A stretch of 64,000 nt of DNA, from assembly GCA_963779755.1 (NCBI GenBank), contig CAVZZO010000001.1, positions 1,664,001-1,728,000 of the forward strand, in the 5' to 3' direction. Source of the stretch: an uncultured Gemmatimonadales bacterium. GTDB taxonomy: Bacteria; Gemmatimonadota; Gemmatimonadetes; Gemmatimonadales; GWC2-71-9. Numbering within the stretch: position 1 is the stretch's first letter; every line of letters begins with the position of its first letter. Of the stretch, positions 9,997 to 18,663 are shown one piece after another. The notes beneath the pieces were generated by a model, which had not been told where the DNA came from, made no database searches, and saw nothing but the letters and a program-made list of their open reading frames with translations. A program made the position numbers and the translations under genes.

Positions 9997-11440
9997 CCCT
10001 GTCTCTTCCCTCAATCTGCTGCTGCTGGAGGACCGGCCCGAGGACGCCGAGCTGATCGAGCGCGAGCTGTCCCGGTCCGGCAGGACCCCCGTGATCCGGC
10101 GGGTGGCCGGCCGCGACGCGTTTCTGGCCGCGCTCGATCGTCCACCCGATGCGGTCCTGGCCGATTTCCGAATTCCCGGCTTCGATGGGCTGGAGGCGCT
10201 GCGATTGCTGCGCGAGCGCTACCCCCGGGTGCCCTTCCTGCTCGTCTCCGGCGCCATTTCGGACGAGGTCGCCGCCGCCTGCATGCGCGGGGGGGCCGAT
10301 GACTACCTCCTCAAGGACCGGCTCTCCCGCCTGCCGACGGCGCTCTACGGGGCTCTCGAGCGCCGCCAGGCCGAGGCGCGCTACCGGCTGCTGTTCGAGA
10401 GCGTGCCGCTGGCCACCTGGGTGTTTGATCTCGAGTCGCTCCGGTTTCTGGCGGTCAATCCTGCCGCCGTGGCGCTCTACGGCTGGTCGGCGGACGAGTT
10501 TGCCGGGCTCACCCTGCGGGAGATCCGGCCTCCGGCCGAGCTGCCCCGTTTGGAGCAGGCCATCCGGGCGTTGCGCGAGGGCACCGAAACCACCGGGCCC
10601 TGGCTGCATTGCCGCAAGGACGGGCGGGTGCTGGAAGTGGAGGTAACCTCGCGCCGGCTGCCGTTCGAGGGTCGTGAGGCCGTGCTGTCGGTGGTCCACG
10701 ACGCGACCAGCCGGCGCCGGCTGGAGCGGCAGCTGGGTGAATCGCAGAAGATGGAGGCGCTGGGACGGCTGGCCGGCGGCATTGCCCACGATTTCAACAA
10801 CGTGCTGGCCGCTATTTCGGGCCTCGCCGCCATCGGCCTGGAGACGGCGCAGGGCGAAGCGGCGGAGATGTTCGACGAGATCAACGGCACGATCCGCCGG
10901 ACCGCGGGGCTCATTCGCCAGCTGCTCACCTTCTCCCGGCGGCAACCCGCGGCGCCCCGGCTTCTCTCACTCAACGCGGTGATTCAGGAGCGTGAGCTGA
11001 TGATCCGGCGGCTCCTGGGCAGGGGGATCACGCTCGAGACCCGCCTGGCGCCGGAGCTGAGTCAGATACGGGCCGACCCGTCGCAGCTGGAGCAGGTACT
11101 GCTGAATCTTGTCATCAACGCGCGCGATGCGATGCCTGCCGGCGGGTGTCTGCTGATCGAAACCCGGGAGACGGGCGGGGCCGAGGGCCGCCCGCCCGAC
11201 GGGCCGGCCCGGGCTGCCGTCCTGCGGGTGAGCGATACCGGCGACGGGATGAGCGAGGAGGTGAGGGGCCGGCTGTTCGAGCCCTTCTTCACCACCAAGG
11301 AAACCGGCACGGGCCTGGGACTCGCCTCGGTCTATGGCGTGGTCAGCCAGGCCGGCGGCCGGATCAGCGTGTCGAGCGCGGAGGGCCGCGGATCGGTGTT
11401 CGAGATCAGCCTGCCGGTCAGCGGGAGCGAAGAGGCCTGA
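9980..11440 (+). CDS. REC-PAS-HisKA hybrid histidine kinase
   Basis: N-terminal receiver; PAS; QKMEALGRLAGGIAHDFNN; NLVINARDAM; GTGLGLA. Confidence 0.93.
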   Translation: MNLPDSPVSSLNLLLLEDRPEDAELIERELSRSGRTPVIRRVAGRDAFLAALDRPPDAVLADFRIPGFDGLEALRLLRERYPRVPFLLVSGAISDEVAAACMRGGADDYLLKDRLSRLPTALYGALERRQAEARYRLLFESVPLATWVFDLESLRFLAVNPAAVALYGWSADEFAGLTLREIRPPAELPRLEQAIRALREGTETTGPWLHCRKDGRVLEVEVTSRRLPFEGREAVLSVVHDATSRRRLERQLGESQKMEALGRLAGGIAHDFNNVLAAISGLAAIGLETAQGEAAEMFDEINGTIRRTAGLIRQLLTFSRRQPAAPRLLSLNAVIQERELMIRRLLGRGITLETRLAPELSQIRADPSQLEQVLLNLVINARDAMPAGGCLLIETRETGGAEGRPPDGPARAAVLRVSDTGDGMSEEVRGRLFEPFFTTKETGTGLGLASVYGVVSQAGGRISVSSAEGRGSVFEISLPVSGSEEA

Positions 11441-12542
11441 CCGCGGGCCACTGCTGGGTGACGCAGTGCAGCGCCCCCAGCCCCCAGACCAGTTCGGTAC
11501 AGTCGATGCCCACCACCCGGCGGGTGGGGAAGAGATCCTGTAATATCCGGTGCGCCGCATGGTCGCCGGAGCGGTCGTAGGTGGGCAGCAGGACGACGCC
11601 GTTGGCGATATAGAAATTGGCGTAGCTCGCCGGCAGGCGCTCGCCCTCGCAGAAGACCGGCGCCGGCATGGGCAGCGTGACCACCCGCAGCGGCCGGCCG
11701 TCCTGGTCGGTCATGCGCCGCAACCGGGCGAGATTCTCCTGCAGGGGGCCAAAATTGGCGTCGTCCGGGTCCTCCTCCACCACGGTGACGACCGTCCGAG
11801 CGTCGGTGAACCGGGCCAGGTCGTCCACGTGCCCGTCGGTATCGTCGCCCGCGATGCCGTCGCCCAGCCACAGGATATGCCGCACGCCCAGCCATTCGCG
11901 AAGCGCGGCTTCGATCCCGGTTCGATCGAGCTCGGGGTTGCGGTTGGGGTTCAGGAGGCACGACTCGGTCGTGAGCAGCGTCCCCTCGCCGTTCACGTCG
12001 ATCGACCCCCCTTCGAGAATCATCCCGGGATGATACACCGGCAGGCCCAGCTCGCTACCGATACGACTGGGAATGACGTCGTCCAGATCATAGGGGGGAT
12101 ACTTCCCACCCCAGGCGTTGTAGCCCCAGTCGAGGATGGCCTGCTCCGGGCCGCCCGGGCCCCGGCGCTGCACGAAGATGGGGCCATGGTCGCGGCACCA
12201 GGCGTCGTTGGTGGGATTGGCGTGCAGGTGTACCCGGCCCGGCGGCAGGCGGCATGCGGCCAGGCGGCGCCGGATGTCCTGCTCCATGTCCGGGCCGGTC
12301 ACATTGATGTGTACTTCTTCATGCAGGGCCAGAACCGCGGTAAGCTGGGTAAAGATCTCCGGAATGCGCTCGAAGTGCCCCGGCCAGGACGCCTGCTTAT
12401 GCGGCCAGCTGAGCCAGGTGCCCCGGTGGGGGGCCCACTCGGGCGGCATACGGAACTGCGGGAACCGGGAAGAGGGAAGGGGGAAAGGACTGGGGCCCCT
12501 TTCCCCCTTCCCTTCGGCCGTTTCCCGGTTTTCAATCCCCAT
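11418..12542 (-). CDS. aguA: Agmatine deiminase
   Basis: RMPPEWAPH, NDAWCRDHGP, DTDGHVDD, GALHCVTQQ; start is 12542 or 12449. Confidence 0.92.
   Translation of the reverse strand: MGIENRETAEGKGERGPSPFPLPSSRFPQFRMPPEWAPHRGTWLSWPHKQASWPGHFERIPEIFTQLTAVLALHEEVHINVTGPDMEQDIRRRLAACRLPPGRVHLHANPTNDAWCRDHGPIFVQRRGPGGPEQAILDWGYNAWGGKYPPYDLDDVIPSRIGSELGLPVYHPGMILEGGSIDVNGEGTLLTTESCLLNPNRNPELDRTGIEAALREWLGVRHILWLGDGIAGDDTDGHVDDLARFTDARTVVTVVEEDPDDANFGPLQENLARLRRMTDQDGRPLRVVTLPMPAPVFCEGERLPASYANFYIANGVVLLPTYDRSGDHAAHRILQDLFPTRRVVGIDCTELVWGLGALHCVTQQWPAVRPLRSR
12460..12533. repeat. Inverted heptamer (GGGAANN) repeat element
   Basis: gggaacc-gggaaga-gggaagg-gggaaag ... tttcccc-cttccct...tttcccg. Confidence 0.7.
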
Positions 12543-13413
12543 CCACATACCTGCGCGTGATATCCCCGTAGGCTTCGATCCGCCGGTCGCGCAGGAATGG
12601 CCAGTGGGTCCGCGCGGTATCGATGAGCCCGAGGTCGCAGGGCACCACGAGCACCGTTTCGTCCTCTCCCGCTTCGGCCAGGACCCGGCCGTAGGGATCG
12701 GCGACGAAACTGTGGCCCCAGAAATCGATACCGCCGCCGGCGGCGCCTTCGTGGCCCACGCGGTTCACTGCGGCCACGAAGACGCCGTTGGCGATGGCGT
12801 GGCTGCGCTGCATCGTCTGCCAGGCGGACATCTGGGCGGCGCCGTATTCGGCCTTCTCCGCCGGCAGCCAGCCGATGGCGGTGGGGTAGAAGAGAATGCC
12901 GGCGCCCTGCATGGCCGTGAGCCGCGCGCCTTCGGGGTACCACTGGTCCCAGCAGACCAGCGCGCCCAGGCGGCCCGCCCGGGTTTGCCAGGCGCGGAAC
13001 CCGAGGTCGCCCGGCGTGAAATAGAACTTCTCGTAGTAGAGCGGGTCGTCCGGAATGTGCATCTTCCGGTACTTGCCCAGGTAGCGGCCGTCGGCGTCGA
13101 GGATGGCGGCGGTGTTGTGATAGAGGCCTTCCGCCCGGCGCTCGAACAGCGAGGCGATGATCACCACGCCCAGCTCGGCAGCCAGCCGGCCCAGCCGCTC
13201 GGTACCGGGCCCGGGAATCGGCTCGGCCAGGGCGAAGTTGGCGTGATCCTCCGTCTGGCAGAAATACTGCGTGCGGAACAACTCCTGCAGGCACACCACC
13301 GTGGCGCCGCGCCCGGCGGCCTCCCGCACGCCTGCTTCCGCCCGCGCGAAGTTCGCCCCGGCATCGGGCGTGCAGCGTGACTGCACCAGACCGACGTGAA
13401 CCGTTTCTGCCAT
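12532..13413 (-). CDS. aguB: N-carbamoylputrescine amidase (carbon-nitrogen hydrolase)
   Basis: E-K-C triad motifs CLQELF, YRKMHIPDDPLYYEKFYF, VCWDQW; adjacent to aguA. Confidence 0.88.
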   Translation of the reverse strand: MAETVHVGLVQSRCTPDAGANFARAEAGVREAAGRGATVVCLQELFRTQYFCQTEDHANFALAEPIPGPGTERLGRLAAELGVVIIASLFERRAEGLYHNTAAILDADGRYLGKYRKMHIPDDPLYYEKFYFTPGDLGFRAWQTRAGRLGALVCWDQWYPEGARLTAMQGAGILFYPTAIGWLPAEKAEYGAAQMSAWQTMQRSHAIANGVFVAAVNRVGHEGAAGGGIDFWGHSFVADPYGRVLAEAGEDETVLVVPCDLGLIDTARTHWPFLRDRRIEAYGDITRRYVDGD

Positions 13414-13642
13414 GGGCCAGAATGTAATCTCAGGCCGGCGCTTGCGCTCCGGTCGGGAAGTGATCATGCTCCGGCGCATTCCAGTCGCGCCGCAGCGGAT
13501 TTTCCCGAGCGAGGATCAGTTCCGGAACGGGAACTATGCCAGGCCCCCGACAGGCACCCGTCAGGTATTCTTTCGCTGGCGATGATGCCTCTGGGTAATC
13601 TGCGGATCACTCTTTCTTTGCTTCGAGAAGCCTGGAGGATCT

Positions 13643-14719
13643 CTGCGTCGTTCCCTGACCGTCCTGACCGTCCTGAGCCTGCTGTCGCCGGCGGCATCGC
13701 TCAGTGCCCAGGAAGTGACCTGGCGCAACCTGGGTGTCTTCTACGGCGACAACACCGAGTTCTTCACCCCGTTCCGCCGGGGTGAAACCATCCTCGGCGC
13801 CCAGGCCTGGAGCTACCTCCAGGTCGAAACCGGGGCGCACACCCGGGTGCTGGCCGGCGTCTTCGCGGATCACCGCGACGGCAGCCCGGATTTTCTCGAT
13901 CCGGTCAAACCGGTGCTCTCGTTCCGGTACCACACGCCCACCTCCACCGCCACTCTGGGGATGCTGGAGACAGGAGACCGCCATGGCTATCTCGAGCCGC
14001 TGGAAGTCACCACCCTCGAGTTTACCCGTCCGGTGGAATACGGCGGGCAGTGGATCGTCCGCCGGCCCTGGATCGATGCCGATCTCTTTCTCGACTGGCA
14101 GCACCTGAACACGCCCACCAGCCGGGAAATCTTCAACTGGGGGGGGGTGATCCGTGGCCATCCGGCGCGGCCGCTCACGCTCGAATTCCAGCTGCACGGG
14201 CTGCATCACGGCGGGCAACTCTACAATGCCGGCGTCCCGGTCACCAACAATGTGGTGGCGGCTTACGGCGCCACCCTGGCCGACCATCTGCCCGTCGTCG
14301 GCAGCGCCAGCTTCTCGGCCTTCTACCTGACCAGCCGGGGGTACATCGACCCCGGTCAGCCGGGCACCCGGCCCGACCGGGGCCACGGGACCTATCTGCG
14401 CGCGTCGGTGACGCCGTTCGGATGGGTGGAACTGTTCGGGATCTACTGGGCAGGGCGCGATTTCCACAGCGACGAGGGCGACCCCAACTACAACTCCATC
14501 GGCGTGGATACGGCCTTCTACCGCAGCCGCCGCCGGTACAAGGAAATCGGTCTCATCCGCCGGACCACCATCGACCGGACCGTGCAGCTCGACGCCGAGT
14601 TCCGGCTCCACCGGGTGGACCAGGAGGAGAGTATCGCGTTTCTGGGTACGAAGTGGGAGTACAGCTACCGGGTGGTGGTGAGAGTGCCGGTCACGATAGG
14701 AGTGAGGGAAAAGGACTGA
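13643..14719 (+). CDS. Exported, probable outer-membrane beta-barrel protein (probable CTG start)
   Basis: GGAGG, then CTG opening a signal peptide RRSLTVLTVLSLLSPAASLSA-QE in frame with the 13715 ORF; amphipathic aromatic-rich strands. Confidence 0.65.
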   Translation: MRRSLTVLTVLSLLSPAASLSAQEVTWRNLGVFYGDNTEFFTPFRRGETILGAQAWSYLQVETGAHTRVLAGVFADHRDGSPDFLDPVKPVLSFRYHTPTSTATLGMLETGDRHGYLEPLEVTTLEFTRPVEYGGQWIVRRPWIDADLFLDWQHLNTPTSREIFNWGGVIRGHPARPLTLEFQLHGLHHGGQLYNAGVPVTNNVVAAYGATLADHLPVVGSASFSAFYLTSRGYIDPGQPGTRPDRGHGTYLRASVTPFGWVELFGIYWAGRDFHSDEGDPNYNSIGVDTAFYRSRRRYKEIGLIRRTTIDRTVQLDAEFRLHRVDQEESIAFLGTKWEYSYRVVVRVPVTIGVREKD

Positions 14720-14765
14720 GACGAAAGCCCGGGGTCCTTTTCTCTCACTCCTTTTCTCTCAGTCC
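14699..14765. repeat. Inverted 14-nt-unit repeat element between convergent genes
   Basis: ggagtgagggaaaa-ggactgagacgaaa ... gtccttttctctca-ctccttttctctca-gtcc. Confidence 0.7.
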
Positions 14766-16664
14766 GATTTCCCCCTCGCCCTTTTCCGCTCCCCACAGCA
14801 CCACCTGCGCCTCGCCCTGTTCCGCGGTATCGAACCCGCGCTCGGACTTGGCCACGGTGATGACGGGGTAATGCCAGCGGTCGGCCCGCGGGTTTGCCTT
14901 GATGGCGAGCGGTGCCAGCAGGCTCAGCTCCGACGCGAAACTGGCGCCGGGCCAGAGATCGCCGGGCCAGTGATAGCGCACCCGGCACTCGCCGGTCGGG
15001 GTAAAGCGGTAGGTCTTCCGCAGCTGCCCGCCCCCGGGCAGGCTGCCCCGCAGTCGCAGCACGACGCCGTCGTCTTCCCGCCCGATCTCCGCCTCCATCG
15101 CATGAGTCGCACCGAGCCACAACACCTCGGCGTGAGCCTGGGCGTAGGTCGTCGCATCGGTACCGTCGGCCAGCACGCGATCCACGAAAAGCGCGCGCCC
15201 CGCGTCGTCGAAGGGGGGCAGGTCCTCGGTGCGCAGGCTGTTCTCCAGGTCGTGAATGCTGGCGGTGCCGCCCTGCCGCGCCGCGTGCAGCGCCTCGGCC
15301 GGCATGTGGTAGGATTCCAGCCGCCGAGTCAGGACATCGGCATAGTTGAGGCCGGTGCGGAAGAGCGTGTATTCCTCCAGCGCGCCGCCCCGTGCCGGGC
15401 TGACCAGGGCGGAGAAGTGCGCCGAATGGAGCCAGATCTCCTCGTGGCCGTCGAGATCCAGGTCGATCCACTCCGCCACCAGCGGCTCCCCCTCGCGCAG
15501 CCCCGCCTCGGCCCGGGCCAGATTACGCCAGATGGCCTCCCGCAGGTGCCGCAGATAGAGCCCCCCGAAGACGCCGTGCCAGTAGGCGTCGTTGCACTGG
15601 GCGCGGCCAATCGCCTCGCGCACCTCGGGCGGATCGCCCCGTTCGCGTGCCAGCCGCGAGAGGGCCAGCATCTTCTTGTTCATCCGGTTGGACTCGGGGT
15701 ACTTCACGAAGAAGTTGCGCCAGTGCGCGCCACGCACCAGGGCACCTTCCGGCCCCGCCATCCGCTCGCCCAGTTCGCGCTCCAGTGCCACCAGCCGGAC
15801 GGCCGCCCGCGGCGGCAACGACCAGGTCTCCATTTCCCGGTAGGACGCGGTGGGCAGGTAGGCCAGCCCCGCGCTGGGCAGTTCATGCAGCGCCTCGTCC
15901 AGCCGAGCCATGCGCACCTCGCCGCCATCGATCAGGCCGGCCATGGTGTCCAGGAAGTGGTCCAGCCATCCCTCGTCGTACACCCAGCGGCGGGTGCCGG
16001 GCCAGCCGCCGAATTTCTCGCCATCGTCGGCCAGGACCGCCAGCCCGTGTCCCTGCTCCCGCAACTCGCGCAGGTAATCGGCGGTTTCCGACGGCGGCCG
16101 GAAGGGGATGAGATACCGCAGCCGCTCGTCGATGGCGAAGAGTCCCAGGCTCTTGCCGTCGCTTTCCGTGCGCCAGGGGCGGTGCAACTCTCCCGGCGTA
16201 AAGCCACTGACCAGGAAGTGACGATCGTCCACCAGCGCATACCCGACCCCGGCTTCGGCCAGATCGGCGGCCAATTCGGGCTCCCACACCCGTTCCGTCA
16301 GCCACAGACCGGTGGCCTCCACCCCGAAACGGGCGGCGAGCCGCTCCCGCATCCAGCCGATCTGTTCCCGCCGGTCTTGCCGGGGCAGCGAGGCCAGCAC
16401 CGGCTCGTGATAGCCCGCCAGGAGCAGCTCCAGCCGTCCATCGGCCGCCAGGCGGCCGATCTGGTCGAGATACGCCGGCTCATGCGCCTCCAGCCAGTCG
16501 AGCAGTGGGCCGGAGACGTGCAGCAGCAGCGGGAAGAGGCCGCGCTGCTCGACCCGCTCGAGAAAGGGCCGGTAGACGTCGCGCAGGTGTTCCTCGAAGA
16601 CGTGGTCGAAATTGCCGACCGGCTGATGGAGATGCAGTCCCAGGGCGAAGCGAATCGGGTCCAT
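14745..16664 (-). CDS. GH57 alpha-amylase / 4-alpha-glucanotransferase
   Basis: HLHQPVGNF, GLWLTERVWEP, ADDGEKFG, AQCNDAYWHGVFGGLY. Confidence 0.92.
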   Translation of the reverse strand: MDPIRFALGLHLHQPVGNFDHVFEEHLRDVYRPFLERVEQRGLFPLLLHVSGPLLDWLEAHEPAYLDQIGRLAADGRLELLLAGYHEPVLASLPRQDRREQIGWMRERLAARFGVEATGLWLTERVWEPELAADLAEAGVGYALVDDRHFLVSGFTPGELHRPWRTESDGKSLGLFAIDERLRYLIPFRPPSETADYLRELREQGHGLAVLADDGEKFGGWPGTRRWVYDEGWLDHFLDTMAGLIDGGEVRMARLDEALHELPSAGLAYLPTASYREMETWSLPPRAAVRLVALERELGERMAGPEGALVRGAHWRNFFVKYPESNRMNKKMLALSRLARERGDPPEVREAIGRAQCNDAYWHGVFGGLYLRHLREAIWRNLARAEAGLREGEPLVAEWIDLDLDGHEEIWLHSAHFSALVSPARGGALEEYTLFRTGLNYADVLTRRLESYHMPAEALHAARQGGTASIHDLENSLRTEDLPPFDDAGRALFVDRVLADGTDATTYAQAHAEVLWLGATHAMEAEIGREDDGVVLRLRGSLPGGGQLRKTYRFTPTGECRVRYHWPGDLWPGASFASELSLLAPLAIKANPRADRWHYPVITVAKSERGFDTAEQGEAQVVLWGAEKGEGEIGLREKE

Positions 16665-16686
16665 GAGTCGGGGAAGGAGGCTCGGG

Positions 16687-18663
16687 TCAGTCGGCAAAGC
16701 CCAGGCGCCGGCCGAGCGAGGCCAGCCGGGGACTGGTGCCGCGCAGCGGAGCGAACTGGAGTTGCGCTTCCAGTGGAACCGGCAGATCGAGCGCCTCCAG
16801 CAGGTCGAGGGCGCTCCGGGCACGGCTGAGGCCCGCCGCGGCGCTATCCCGCAGCAGCAGGGTGATCGCTTCCACCAGGGCTCCGGGCGCGATGCCGCGC
16901 AGGTCGGCCTCGCCGCTGGCGAGCCGGGCACGTTCCGCCGGGGAGAGGGCGCGTTCGGTAAGCTGGCGCAGCCGCCAGGTGGCGAGCAGGTCGCGGTGCC
17001 GGTCCCACAGTTCCGCGGTTCCGAACATCCAGCGGGCCGGCTCGGCCGGGGGCTCGGCGGTCACCGTAAAGGCAAACTCGTGGCCATGGACCCATTCGGA
17101 GGTGACCCGGAACACGTCGCGCCGGCCGGTGCGCCGTTCCTGCACCATGATCCGAGTGAATCCGTCGGCCAGCGGTGCCTCCTCCACGCAGTAGGCCGCG
17201 GGCAGGCCTTCGGTGGGTGGCGCGCCGCTGGCCCGGAGGGCCGCGCACCCCGCGGCGATCCGGACCATGGGCGGCAGCTCGGGCTGGACCTGCTCGCGGA
17301 AGAGCAGGCGGCCATTCCCGATTTCGGCGTCGTTGCTCCGGGCCGTCTCCAGCCGCCGGAGCAGGCCCTCTTCCAGCCGCGCGCGGTCGGCTCCCGCCAG
17401 CTCCAGCAGTCGGGCGGCGTAGGCCAGCACCTGCCGGCTTTCCAGTCCGCCGATATCGTCGAAGAACCAGGCGCAGCTGGTGAACAGCCGCAGGGCGTTG
17501 TGTTCCAGCTCCAGAAGCCGGTGCCGCTCCATGCTGCCGGTGTCTCCCGCCACGCCTGGCTCGGCGGCCGGATCGAATGCCTCCCGCGACGCCCAGGGAT
17601 CGGGGAACACCGCCCGGCCATCGCGCTCGAAGATCCGGTGCGCTTCTGCCGCGAGCCAGTCCACGGCGTCCCGCAGTCCCGCGCGCCAGGCCTGCTGGCT
17701 GGGCCGGTGGGGCGCCGCCTTGCAGCCGCAGTCGGCTCGCCAGCGGTCGATGCCGTGGGTGCAGCTCCAGCTGGAGGGGGCGCGGAGCTCCACCGGGCCG
17801 CCGGAGGGAAGGCGGGAGAGGGCGCTGGTGAAGTTGGCCATGGCCAGGCCGGGGCTCGCCTCGATATGGCTGACCAGCCACGCCAGGGCCATCTCGCCGA
17901 AGACGTGATGATGCCCGAAGGTCTCGCCGTCGGCCGCCATGGCCACCAGCCGGGGCGCCGCGCTGCGGCAGCAGGCGATCCGCGCCGACCAGGCTCGCGC
18001 ATCGCGCAGCAGGGTACCGAACGCCACGTCGTGCGCCAGCGGCCCGTCGTAGGCGAAGAGCGCGATGGCCCGGCCCGCGGCCGTGGTGTAGGTGCCGGGC
18101 AGCCCCGTGGCCGATGCACCGGCCACCTGGTGAGGCGCCAGCACGGTATAGCGGATGCCGGCGGCCGCCAGCACATCCAGCGTTTCATCGTCTACCGCCG
18201 TCTCGGGCAGCCACATGCCTTCCGGGTCGCGGCCGAAGCGCCGCCGGAAGTCCCGGATGCCCCAGCGGACTTCGGTCTCCTTGTCGCGCCGGGAACAGAG
18301 CGGCAGGATGACGTGATGAAAAGGGTGGGCCAGGGCGTTGCCGAAGCCGGTGCGCTCCCGGCTGGTGCGGTCGGCCTGCAGGACGGCCTGGTAGGTGGCG
18401 GGCGCGTGTCGCTCCAGCCAGGCCAGCAGCGTCGGCCCGGCATCGAAGCTGAGCCACTCGAGGGTGTTCACCACCCGGAGAATGCGTCCCTCGCCGTCCA
18501 GCAGCCGTGCCGCCGTGACCGGCCGGTAGCATTCCCGCTCGATGCGCTCATTCCAGTCGTGCCAGGGGGTAGCCGAGGCCTCCGCCTCGACCTCGTCGAG
18601 CCAGGGGCTCTCGCGGGGCGGCTGGTAGAAGTGGCCGTGAATGACGACCAGCGTATCGCTCAT
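16687..18663 (-). CDS. GH57-family protein (DUF3536 type)
   Basis: IHGHFYQPPRE, GMWLPETAVD, DGETFGHH, SWSC.HG..RW..DCGC, FTSCAWFFDD. Confidence 0.9.
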   Translation of the reverse strand: MSDTLVVIHGHFYQPPRESPWLDEVEAEASATPWHDWNERIERECYRPVTAARLLDGEGRILRVVNTLEWLSFDAGPTLLAWLERHAPATYQAVLQADRTSRERTGFGNALAHPFHHVILPLCSRRDKETEVRWGIRDFRRRFGRDPEGMWLPETAVDDETLDVLAAAGIRYTVLAPHQVAGASATGLPGTYTTAAGRAIALFAYDGPLAHDVAFGTLLRDARAWSARIACCRSAAPRLVAMAADGETFGHHHVFGEMALAWLVSHIEASPGLAMANFTSALSRLPSGGPVELRAPSSWSCTHGIDRWRADCGCKAAPHRPSQQAWRAGLRDAVDWLAAEAHRIFERDGRAVFPDPWASREAFDPAAEPGVAGDTGSMERHRLLELEHNALRLFTSCAWFFDDIGGLESRQVLAYAARLLELAGADRARLEEGLLRRLETARSNDAEIGNGRLLFREQVQPELPPMVRIAAGCAALRASGAPPTEGLPAAYCVEEAPLADGFTRIMVQERRTGRRDVFRVTSEWVHGHEFAFTVTAEPPAEPARWMFGTAELWDRHRDLLATWRLRQLTERALSPAERARLASGEADLRGIAPGALVEAITLLLRDSAAAGLSRARSALDLLEALDLPVPLEAQLQFAPLRGTSPRLASLGRRLGFAD

